NCBI GenBank assembly: GCA_965235115.1
Contig: OZ249436.1
Span: 24,802,001 to 24,866,000 of the forward strand
Source of the DNA: Laetmonice hystrix
Taxonomy: Eukaryota
DNA length: 64,000 nt
Direction of reading: 5' to 3'
The notes below the pieces were generated by a model. The model worked only from the letters and a program-made list of their open reading frames with translations. It had not been told where the DNA came from and made no database searches. Positions 40,801-52,700 of the stretch are shown in pieces (position 1 is the stretch's first letter; the number at the start of each line of letters is the position of its first letter). The translations under genes and the position numbers were made by a program.

Positions 40801-43800
40801 AAATACCCGCCTAATGGCACAAAAAACTTTCTACCCCGTTGCAAGTCACATTAGCTTGCTGCTTGTCGTAAAAAATGGTGCAGACCATTTCTAAAGTCAC
40901 AGTACCCCACTCCCGGCCTAATATTACGTTTCAGTATCCATATACGCTGCAAGCGGCAGGAACTCGAATACAGGCCTAAAAGTAACCCCAGTCTAGCAAT
41001 ATCATACTCTCATGCCATATACGAGCTTGTAATTATCTTTAATTAATGGGCTCCGCAGCACCAACCCACTGCATTAACATTTGTTTAACAGCTTAACGCA
41101 CCTTGTAAAAAATTTTCAAGTGCGTAAAAATGCGTGTCCACCTCCACATACTTTAAAAATCACTATACCCACCCAGCGACATTCACTCTAATACACGCCT
41201 AAGAGGAACTTCACTGTCCCATTTGATTCTCCAGCACGTATAGGATGTTTCAAGTAACATTTATCCACGGTCTGGCCCAATAACGTGCAACAAGGCATAG
41301 TAAGTCAATGCGACCTCGCATGTCAAACCTAACCCGCCCCCCAGCACATGAGCTGGAGATATTCAAATAGCTTGAAAACTAGAATATAGCTTTGCTTAAT
41401 ACCATTATACCATCAACTCGCATTACAGGCCTAATGCGAAGCTCCCAGCCTAAAACGAGTTTCCAATTAATTTAAAGTTAACAAGATGCACTAATAATCG
41501 ATTCCAAGCCTAATTAGGCCATTGCTAGTTGGATAACCAAATCTCATACAAAATACACCCTCCCGGCAGATGACCTGAGAATATTCAACTCTTATGTCCG
41601 ATATATCCCTGTCCGCTTAGTAGCACCCAGCCGGGCCCCCATTTTGACATTGCAACACCAATACAGCAAGTGCCCAGCTAACAGCACAAATAACAGGATT
41701 CAGGGCTTCCTACCACGTTACAAGTCACAATAGATTGCTGCCTGTCGTAAAAATATACCAGACCATTTTAAAAAGTCACAGAACCCCAATCCGGCCCTAA
41801 TATGTCACTCCCAGTACCAATAGACGCTGGAAGCACCATCAACTGAAATTCAGGCCTAGAACCCACCTCTCTCTACCAATATCATGCACCTAGTCCGTAT
41901 ACGAGGTTGTAATTTACTTTAATCAACGGGCTGCGCCGCAGCAACCCACTCTGGTCTTTGCAATCTTTTTCAATATGCGTTAACATTTGTGACCAGCTCA
42001 ACGCGCCTTGTAAAATTTTTCAAAGTGCGTAAAAGTGTGTGTCCACCCCGACACGCTTTCCAAACCACTATACCCACCGAGCGACATCCACTCAAATACA
42101 GGCTTCGACCGATCCTCACTGTGCCAATAATCCGCCACAAGGCAAATTCAGTCAATGCAAGCTGGAAAATCGAATGTCAAACCTAATGCTCCCCCCCCCA
42201 GCACGTTAACTGAAAAAAATCAACTAGCTTGAAAACTAGAATATAGCTTTGTTTAGCTAACAATCTACTCTCCCAGCGCCATCAACTCGCATACAGGCGT
42301 GAAAGCAAACGCACTGCCCCATATAATGCTCCCAGCCTAAGACGATGTTGCAATTAATTTAAGATTAACAAGATGCACTAGTAATCCGATCCAAGCCTAA
42401 TTACGTCATTGCTAGTTTCATAACCAAATCTCACAGAAAATACCCCACCCGCGCACATAACCTGAAAATATTCAACTTTTATCTCCAATGTATCCCTGTG
42501 CACCTAGTAGCACACAAGCGGGCCCAATTTTGACATCCCAACACAAATACCGCAAATACCCGCCTAATGGCACAAAAAACTTTCTACCCCGTTGCAAGTC
42601 ACATTAGCGTGCTGCTTGTCGTAAAAAATGGTGCAGACCATTTCTAAAGTCACAGTACCCCACTCCCGGCCTAATATTACGTTTCAGTATCCATATACGC
42701 TGCAAGCGGCAGGAACTCGAATACAGGCCTAAAAGTAACCTCAGTCTAGCAATATCATACTCCCATGCCATATACGAGCTTGTAATTATCTTTAATTAAT
42801 GGGCTCCGCAGCACCAACCCACTGCATTAACATTTGTTTAACAGCTTAACGCACCTTGTAAAATTTTTTCAAGTGCGTAAAAATGCGTGTCCACCTCCAC
42901 ATACTTTAAAAATCACTATACCCACCCAGCGACATCCACTCTAATACACGCCTAAAAGGAACTTCACTGTCCCATTTGATTCTCCAGCACGTATAGGATG
43001 TTTCAAGTAACATTCATCCACGGTCTGGCCCAATAACGTGCAACAAGGCATAGTAAGTCAATGCGAGCTCGCATGTCAAACCTAACCCGCCCCCAAGCAC
43101 ATGAGCTGACAATATTCAAATAGCTTGAAAACTAGAATATAGCTTTGCTTAATACCATTATACCATCAACTCGCATTACAGGCCTAATGCGAAGCTCCCA
43201 GCCTAAAACGAGTTTCCAATTAATTTAAAGTTAACAAGATGCACTAATAATCGATTCCAAGCCTAATTAGGCCATTGCTAGTTGGATAACCAAATCTCAT
43301 ACAAAATACACCCTCCCGGCAGATGACCTGAGAATATTCAACTCTTATGTCCGATATATCCCTGTCCGCTTAGTAGCACCCAGCCGGGCCCCCATTTTGA
43401 CATTGCAACACCAATACAGCAAGTGCCCAGCTAACAGCACAAATAACAGGATTCAGGGCTTCCTACCACGTTACAAGTCACAATAGATTGCTGCCTGTCG
43501 TAAAAATATACCAGACCATTTTAAAAAGTCACAGAACCCCAATCCGGCCCTAATATGTCACTCCCAGTACCAATAGACGCTGGAAGCACCATCAACTGAA
43601 ATTCAGGCCTAGAACCCACCTCTCTCTACCAATATCATGCACCTAGTCCGTATACGAGGTTGTAATTTACTTTAATCAACGGGCTGCGCCGCAGCAACCC
43701 ACTCTGGTCTTTGCAATCTTTTTCAATATGCGTTAACATTTGTGACCAGCTCAACGCGCCTTGTAAAATTTTTCAAAGTGCGTAAAAGTGTGTGTCCACC

Positions 43801-45000
43801 CCGACACGCTTTCCAAACCACTATACCCACCGAGCGACATCCACTCAAATACAGGCTTCGACCGATCCTCACTGTGCCAATAATCCGCCACAAGGCAAAT
43901 TCAGTCAATGCAAGCTGGAAAATCGAATGTCAAACCTAATGCTCCCCCCCCAGCACGTTAACTGAAAATAATCAACTAGCTTGAAAACTAGAATATAGCT
44001 TTGTTAAGCTAACAATCTACTCTCCCAGCGCCATCAACTCGCATACAGGCGTAAAAGCAAACGCACTGCCCCATATAATGCTTCCAGCCTAAAACGATGT
44101 TGCAATTAATTTAAAATTAACAAGATGCACTAGTAATCCGATCCAAGCCTAATTACGTCATTGCTAGTTTCATAACCAAATCTCACAGAAAATACCCCAC
44201 CCGCGCACATAACCTGAAAATATTCAACTTTTATCTCCAATGTATCCCTGTGCACCTAGTAGCACCCAAGCGGGCCCAATTTTGACATTCCAACACAAAT
44301 ACCGCAAATACCCGCCTAATGGCACAAAAAACTTTCTACCCCGTTGCAAGTCACATTAGCTTGCTGCTTGTCGTAAAAAATGGTGCAGACCATTTCTAAA
44401 GTCACAGTACCCCACTCCCGGCCTAATATTACGTTTCAGTATCCATATACGCTGCAAGCGGCAGGAACTCGAATACAGGCCTAAAAGTAACCCCAGTCTA
44501 GCAATATCATACTCTCATGCCATATACGAGCTTGTAATTATCTTTAATTAATGGGCTCCGCAGCACCAACCCACTGCATTAACATTTGTTTAACAGCTTA
44601 ACGCACCTTGTAAAAAATTTTCAAGTGCGTAAAAATGCGTGTCCACCTCCACATACTTTAAAAATCACTATACCCACCCAGCGACATTCACTCTAATACA
44701 CGCCTAAGAGGAACTTCACTGTCCCATTTGATTCTCCAGCACGTATAGGATGTTTCAAGTAACATTTATCCACGGTCTGGCCCAATAACGTGCAACAAGG
44801 CATAGTAAGTCAATGCGACCTCGCATGTCAAACCTAACCCGCCCCCCAGCACATGAGCTGGAGATATTCAAATAGCTTGAAAACTAGAATATAGCTTTGC
44901 TTAATACCATTATACCATCAACTCGCATTACAGGCCTAATGCGAAGCTCCCAGCCTAAAACGAGTTTCCAATTAATTTAAAGTTAACAAGATGCACTAAT

Positions 45001-45013
45001 AGGGAGCCGAAGT
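45001..45013 (+). repeat. Left terminal inverted repeat of the MITE (AGGGAGCCGAAGT)
   Basis: 12/13 match to the reverse complement of 45385-45397. A GTGAC motif follows just inside both ends. Confidence 0.9.
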
Positions 45014-45384
45014 AGGTGACGAGATGTTGCGTTACAACGCGATAAAAGTCGATTTTGTTGACACGTCATTATCGCTCACGCTTGTTTAGCATTGCGCTGG
45101 CCATAGAGGACGGCGACTGCCAACTTCAACTCGTGATTTCTCTTTAATTATCCTGCCCTTTGTAATGAAACCTTCCCAGATATTTGTATCAACTTGTTTT
45201 ATGCTTGAATATATAACTTTTATACAAAACAACACAAAAATCTTCAAGACTAAGCCGATCTTTGGAACGATGTCTCTTCATCCTATGTTAAACCAATGGG
45301 GAAATTTGTGACGCAACAATTGTGTGTCAACATTGACGCTCCATTTGTACCTCCTATCCAGAAAATCCGTAACTGTGTCACGAG

Positions 45385-45397
45385 ACTTCGGCGCCCT
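45385..45397 (-). repeat. Right terminal inverted repeat of the MITE (reverse complement AGGGCGCCGAAGT)
   Basis: ACTTCGGCGCCCT on the + strand, 12/13 match to the left TIR. Confidence 0.9.
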
Positions 45398-46500
45398 ATA
45401 ATCGATTCCAAGCCTAATTAGGCCATTGCTAGTTGGATAACCAAATCTCATACAAAATACACCCTCCCGGCAGATGACCTGAGAATATTCAACTCTTATG
45501 TCCGATATATCCCTGTCCGCTTAGTAGCACCCAGCCGGGCCCCCATTTTGACATTGCAACACCAATACAGCAAGTGCCCAGCTAACAGCACAAATAACAG
45601 GATTCAGGGCTTCCTACCACGTTACAAGTCACAATAGATTGCTGCCTGTCGTAAAAATATACCAGACCATTTTAAAAAGTCACAGAACCCCAATCCGGCC
45701 CTAATATGTCACTCCCAGTACCAATAGACGCTGGAAGCACCATCAACTGAAATTCAGGCCTAGAACCCACCTCTCTCTACCAATATCATGCACCTAGTCC
45801 GTATACGAGGTTGTAATTTACTTTAATCAACGGGCTGCGCCGCAGCAACCCACTCTGGTCTTTGCAATCTTTTTCAGTATGCGTTAACATTTGTGACCAG
45901 CTCAACGCGCCTTGTAAAATTTTTCAAAGTGCGTAAAAGTGTGTGTCCACCCCGACACGCTTTCCAAACCACTATACCCACCGAGCGACATCCACTCAAA
46001 TACAGGCTTCGACCGATCCTCACTGTGCCAATAATCCGCCACAAGGCAAATTCAGTCAATGCAAGCTGGAAAATCGAATGTCAAACCTAATGCTCCCCCC
46101 CCCCAGCACGTTAACTGAAAATAATCAACTAGCTTGAAAACTAGAATATAGCTTTGTTAAGCTAACAATCTACTCTCCCAGCGCCATCAACTCGCATACA
46201 GGCGTAAAAGCAAACGCACTGCCCCATATAATGCTCCCAGCCTAAAACGATGTTGCAATTAATTTAAAATTAACAAGATGCACTAGTAATCCGATCCAAG
46301 CCTAATTACGTCATTGCTAGTTTCATAACCAAATCTCACAGAAAATACCCCACCCGCGCACATAACCTGAAAATATTCAACTTTTATCTCCAATGTATCC
46401 CTGTGCACCTAGTAGCACCCAAGCGGGCCCAATTTTGACATTCCAACACAAATACCGCAAATACCCGCCTAATGGCACAAAAAACTTTCTACCCCGTTGC

Positions 46501-46700
46501 NNNNNNNNNNNNNNNNNNNNNNNNNNNNNNNNNNNNNNNNNNNNNNNNNNNNNNNNNNNNNNNNNNNNNNNNNNNNNNNNNNNNNNNNNNNNNNNNNNNN
46601 NNNNNNNNNNNNNNNNNNNNNNNNNNNNNNNNNNNNNNNNNNNNNNNNNNNNNNNNNNNNNNNNNNNNNNNNNNNNNNNNNNNNNNNNNNNNNNNNNNNN
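46501..46700. other. Assembly/scaffolding gap (exactly 200 N, true size unknown)
   Basis: Run of 200 N. The flanks are not 200 bp apart in repeat phase, so the length is a placeholder. Confidence 0.99.
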
Positions 46701-49700
46701 TGAAAATATTCAACTTTTATCTCCAATGTATCCCTGTGCACCTAGTAGCACCCAAGCGGGCCCAATTTTGACATTCCAACACAAATACCGCAAATACCCG
46801 CCTAATGGCACAAAAAAACTTTCTACCCCGTTGCAAGTCACATTAGCTTGCTGCTTGTCGTAAAAAATGGTGCAGACCATTTCTAAAGTCACAGTACCCC
46901 ACTCCCGGCCTAATATTACGTTTCAGTATCCATATACGCTGCAAGCGGCAAGAACTCGAATACAGGCCTAAAAGTAACCCCAGTCTAGCAATATCATACT
47001 CTCATGCCATATACGAGCTTGTAATTATCTTTAATTAATGGGCTCCGCAGCACCAACCCACTGCATTAACATTTGTTTAACAGCTTGACGCACCTTGTAA
47101 AAAATTTTCAAGTGCGTAAAAATGCGTGTCCACCTCCACATACTTTAAAAATCACTATACCCACCCAGCGACATTCACTCTAATACACGCCTAAGAGGAA
47201 CTTCACTGTCCCATTTGATTCTCCAGCACGTATAGGATGTTTCAAGTAACATTCATCCACGGTCTGGCCCAATAACGTGCAACAAGGCATAGTAAGTCAA
47301 TGCGAGCTCGCATGTCAAACCTAACCCGCCCCCCAGCACATGAGCTGAAAATATTCAAATAGCTTGAAAACTAGAATATAGCTTTGCTTAATACCATTAT
47401 ACCATCAACTCGCATTACAGGCCTAATGCGAAGCTCCCAGCCTAAAACGAGTTTCCAATTAATTTAAAGTTAACAAGATGCACTAATAATCGATTCCAAG
47501 CCTAATTAGGCCATTGCTAGTTGGATAACCAAATCTCATACAAAATACACCCTCCCGGCAGATGACCTGAGAATATTCAACTCTTATGTCCGATATATTC
47601 CTGTCCGCTTTGTAGCACCCAGCCGGGCCCCCATTTTGACATTGCAACACCAATACAGCAAGTGCCCAGCTAACAGCACAAATAACAGGATTCAGGGCTT
47701 CCTACCACGTTACAAGTCACAATAGATTGCTGCCTGTCGTAAAAATATACCAGACCATTTTAAAAAGTCACAGAACCCCAATCCGGCCCTAATATGTCAC
47801 TCCCAGTACCAATACACTCTGGAAGCACCATCAACTGAAATTCAGGCCTAGAACCCACCTCTCTCTACCAATATCATGCACCTAGTCCGTATACGAGGTT
47901 GTAATTTACTTTAATCAACGGGCTGCGCCGCAGCAACCCACTCTGGTCTTTGCAATCTTTTTCAATATGCGTTAACATTTGTAACCAGCTCAACGCGCCT
48001 TGTAAAATTTTTCAAAGTGCGTAAAAGTGTGTGTCCACCCCGACACGCTTTCCAAACCACTATACCCACCGAGCGACATCCACTCAAATACAGGCTTCGA
48101 CCGATCCTCACTGTGCCAATAATCCGCCACAAGGCAAATTCAGTCAATGCAAGCTGGAAAATCGAATGTCAAACCTAATACTCCCCCCCCCCCAGCACGT
48201 TAACTGAAAATAATCAACTAGCTTGAAAACTAGAATATAGCTTTGTTTAGCTAACAATCTACTCTCCCAGCGCCATCAACTCGCATACAGGCGTAAAAGC
48301 AAACGCACTGCCCCATATAATGCTCCCAGCCTAAAACGATGTTGCAATTAATTTAAAATTAACAAGATGCACTAGTAATCCGATCCAAGCTTAATTACGT
48401 CATTGCTAGTTTCATAACCAAATCTCACAGAAAATACCCCACCCGGGCACATAACCTGAAAATATTCAACTTTTATCTCCAATGTATCCCTGTGCACCTA
48501 GTAGCACACAAGCGGGCCCAATTTTGACATTCCAACACAAATACCGCAAATACCCGCCTAATGGCACAAAAAACTTTCTACCCCGTTGCAAGTCACATTA
48601 GCTTGCTGCTTGTCGTAAAAAATGGTGCAGATCATTTCTAAAGTCACAGTACCCCACTCCCGGCCTAATATTACGTTTCAGTATCCATATACGCTGCAAG
48701 CGGCAGGAACTCGAATACAGGCCTAAAAGTAACCCCAGTCTAGCAATATCATACTCTCATGCCATATACGAGCTTGTAATTATCTTTAATTAATGGGCTC
48801 CGCAGCACCAACCCACTGCATTAACATTTGTTTAACAGCTTAACGCACCTTGTAAAAAATTTTCAAGTGCGTAAAAATGCGTGTCCACCTCCACATACTT
48901 TAAAAATCACTATACCCACCCAGCGACATTCACTCTAATACACGCCTAAGAGGAACTTCACTGTCCCATTTGAATCTCCAGCACGTATAGGATGTTTCAA
49001 GTAACATTTATCCACGGTCTGGCCCAATAACGTGTAACAAGGCATAGTAAGTCAATGCGAGCTCGCATGTCAAACCTAACCCGCCCCCCCCAGCACATGA
49101 GCTGAAAATATTCAAATAGCTTGAAAACTAGAATATAGCTTTGCTTAATACCATTATACCATGAACTCGCATTACAGGCCTAATGCGAAGCTCCCAGCCT
49201 AAAACGAGTTTCCAAATAATTTAAAGTTAACAAGATGCACTAATAATCGATTCCAAGCCTAATTAGGCCATTGCTAGTTGGATAACCAAATCTCATACAA
49301 AATACACCCTCCCGCCAGATGACCTGAGAATATTTAACTCTTATGTCCGATATATCCCTGTCTGCTTAGTAGCACCCAGCCGGGCCCCCATTTTGACATT
49401 GCAACACCAATACAGCAAGTGCCCAGCTAACAGCACAAATAACAGGATTCAGGGCTTCCTACCACGTTACAAGTCACAATAGATTGCTGCCTGTCGTAAA
49501 AATATACCAGACCATTTTAAAAAGTCACAGAACCCCAATCCGGCCCTAATATGTCACTCCCAGTACCAATACACGCTGGAAGCACCATCAACTGAAATTC
49601 AGGCCTAGAACCCACCTCTCTCTACCAATATCATGCACCTAGTCCGTATACGAGGTTGTAATTTACTTTAATCAACGGGCTGTGCCGCAGCAACCCACTC

Positions 49701-52700
49701 TGGTCTTTGCAATCTTTTTCAATATGCGTTAACATTTGTAACCAGCTCAACGCGCCTTGTAAAATTTTTCAAAGTGCGTAAAGTGTGTGTCCACCCCGAC
49801 ACGCTTTCCAAACCACTATACCCACAGAGCGACATCCACTCAAATACAGGCTTCGACCGATCCTCACTGTGCCAATAATCCGCCACAAGGCAAATTCAGT
49901 CAATGCAAGCTGGAAAATCGAATGTCAAACCTAATACTCCCCCCCCCCCCCAGCACGTTAACTGAAAATAATCAACTAGCTTGAAAACTAGAATATAGCT
50001 TTGTTTAGCTAACAATCTACTCTCCCAGCGCCATCAACTCGCATACAGGCGTAAAAGCAAACGCACTGCCCCATATAATGCTCCCAGCCTAAAACGATGT
50101 TGCAATTAATTTAAAATTAACAAGATGCACTAGTAATCCGATCCAAGCTTAATTACGTCATTGCTAGTTTCATAATCAAATCTCACAGAAAATACCCTTC
50201 CCGGGCAGATAACCTGAAAATATTCAACTTTTATCTCCAATGTATCCCTGTGCACCTAGTAGCACACAAGCGGGCCCAATTTTGACATTCCAAGACAAAA
50301 ACCGCAAATACCCGCCTAATGGCACAGAAAACTTTCTACCCCGTTGCAAGTCACATTAGCTTGCTGCTTGTCGTAAAAAATGGTGCAGACCATTTCTAAA
50401 GTCACAGTACCCCACTCCCGGCCTAATATTACGTTTCAGTATCCATATACGCTGCAAGCGGCAGGAACTCGAATACAGGCCTAAAAGTAACCCCAGTCTA
50501 GCAATATCATACTCCCATGCCATATACGAGCTTGTAATTATCTTTAATTAATGGGCTCCGCAGCACCAACCCACTGCATTAACATTTGTTTAACAGCTTA
50601 ACGCACCTTGTAAAATTTGTTCAAGTGCGTAAAAATGCGTGTCCACCTCCACATACTTTAAAAATCACTATACCCACCCAGCGACATCCACTCTAATACA
50701 CGCCTAAAAGGAACTTCACTGTCCCATTTGATTCTCCAGCACGTATAGGATGTTTCAAGTAACATTCATCCACGGTCTGGCCCAATAACGTGCAACAAGG
50801 CATAGTAAGTCAATGCGAGCTCGCATGTCAAACCTAACCCGCCCCCAAGCACATGAGCTGAAAATATTCAAATAGCTTGAAAACTAGAATATAGCTTTGC
50901 TTAATACCATTATACCATCAACTCGCATTACAGGCCTAATGCGAAGCTCCCAGCCTAAAACGAGTTTCCAATTAATTTAAAGTTAACAAGATGCACTAAT
51001 AATCGATTCCAAGCCTAATTAGGCCATTGCTAGTTGGATAACCAAATCTCATACAAAATACACCCTCCCGGCAGATGACCTGAGAATATTCAACTCTTAT
51101 GTCCGATATATCCCTGTCCGCTTAGTAGCACCCAGCCGGGCCCCCATTTTGACATTGCAACACCAATACAGCAAGTGCCCAGCTAACAGCACAAATAACA
51201 GGATTCAGGGCTTCCTACCACGTTACAAGTCACAATAGATTGCTGCCTGTCGTAAAAATATACCAGACCATTTTAAAAAGTCACAGAACCCCAATCCGGC
51301 CCTAATATGTCACTCCCAGTACCAATACACGCTGGAAGCACCATCAACTGAAATTCAGGCCTAGAACCCACCTCTCTCTACCAATATCATGCACCTAGTC
51401 CGTATACGAGGTTGTAATTTACTTTAATCAACGGGCTGCGCCGCAGCAACCCACTCTGGTCTTTGCAATCTTTTTCAATATGCGTTAACATTTGTGACCA
51501 GCTCAACGCGCCTTGTAAAATTTTTCAAAGTGCGTAAAAGTGTCTGTCCACCCCGACACGCTTTCCAAACCACTATACCCACCGAGCGACATCCACTCAA
51601 ATACAGGCTTCGACCGATCCTCACTGTGCCAATAATCCGCCACAAGGCAAATTCAGTCAATGCAAGCTGGAAAATCGAATGTCAAACCTAATGCTCCCCC
51701 CCCCAGCACGTTAACTGAAAAAAATCAACTAGCTTGAAAACTAGAATATAGCTTTGTTTAGCTAACAATCTACTCTCCCAGCGCCATCAACTCGCATACA
51801 GGCGTAAAAGCAAACGCACTGCCCCATATAATGCTCCCAGCCTAAGACGATGTTGCAATTAATTTAAGATTAACAAGATGCACTAGTAATCCGATCCAAG
51901 CCTAATTACGTCATTGCTAGTTTCATAACCAAATCTCACAGAAAATACCCCACCCGCGCACATAACCTGAAAATATTTAACTTTTATCTCCAATGTATCC
52001 CTGTGCACCTAGTAGCACACAAGCGGGCCCAATTTTGACATCCCAACACAAATACCGCAAATACCCGCCTAATGGCACAAAAAACTTTCTACCCCGTTGC
52101 AAGTCACATTAGCGTGCTGCTTGTCGTAAAAAATGGTGCAGACCATTTCTAAAGTCACAGTACCCCACTCCCGGCCTAATATTACGTTTCAGTATCCATA
52201 TACGCTGCAAGCGGCAGGAACTCGAATACAGGCCTAAAAGTAACCTCAGTCTAGCAATATCATACTCCCATGCCATATACGAGCTTGTAATTATCTTTAA
52301 TTAATGGGCTCCGCAGCACCAACCCACTGCATTAACATTTGTTTAACAGCTTAACGCACCTTGTAAAATTTTTTCAAGTGCGTAAAAATGCGTGTCCACC
52401 TCCACATACTTTAAAAATCACTATACCCACCCAGCGACATCCACTCTAATACACGCCTAAAAGGAACTTCACTGTCCCAATTGATTCTCCAGCACGTATA
52501 GGATGTTTCAAGTAACATTCATCCACGGTCTGGCCCAATAACGTGCAGCAAGGCATAGTAAGTCAATGCGAGCTCGCATGTCAAACCTAACCCGCCCCCA
52601 AGCATATGAGCTGAAAATATTCAAATAGCTTGAAAACTAGAATATAGCTTTGCTTAATACCATTATACCATCAACTCGCATTACAGGCCTAATGCGAAGC

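Larger units (their letters stand above)
45001..45397. mobile_element. Non-autonomous DNA transposon (MITE), 397 bp, 13-bp imperfect TIRs, probable AT target-site duplication; possibly PHIS/ISL2EU-like
   Basis: The sequence is absent from all other units. Empty site: CACTAATAATCG. Filled site: CACTAAT[AGGGAGCCGAAGT...ACTTCGGCGCCCT]ATAATCG. Marker spacing is 2151 versus 1752 expected for a C8 unit, i.e. 399 extra bp (397 + 2). No ORF of 60 aa or more. The superfamily assignment is tentative. Confidence 0.92.
1..46500. repeat. Tandem macrosatellite array, ~26 copies of a ~1753-bp unit (left contig), interrupted once by a MITE
   Basis: CAAATACAGGCTTCGACCG at 1 recurs at 1754. The identical marker ORF recurs at 1631, 3384, 5136 ... 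43723, 45874 with 1752-1757 bp spacing, except for one 2151-bp interval that holds the insertion. Copies differ by scattered SNPs and poly-C length. Confidence 0.99.

Noticed and set aside
45000..45398. hAT or Tourist/Harbinger assignment of the MITE (TAGGG ends, TAA on both sides)
   Set aside because: There is no 8-bp TSD. The flanking TAA...TAA already exists as TAATAA in the empty site, so it is not a duplication.
1..46500. Concatemer artefact of a small circular replicon (plasmid, virus, rolling-circle amplification)
   Set aside because: Units carry linked, recurring haplotypes and a one-off transposon insertion, and there is no Rep ORF. This fits a real chromosomal array.
46393..46892. 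ORFs of 68-156 aa around the gap and the 60-aa MTLEMV... ORF
   Set aside because: These are read-through of N bases, or are created by a 1-bp A-tract expansion.
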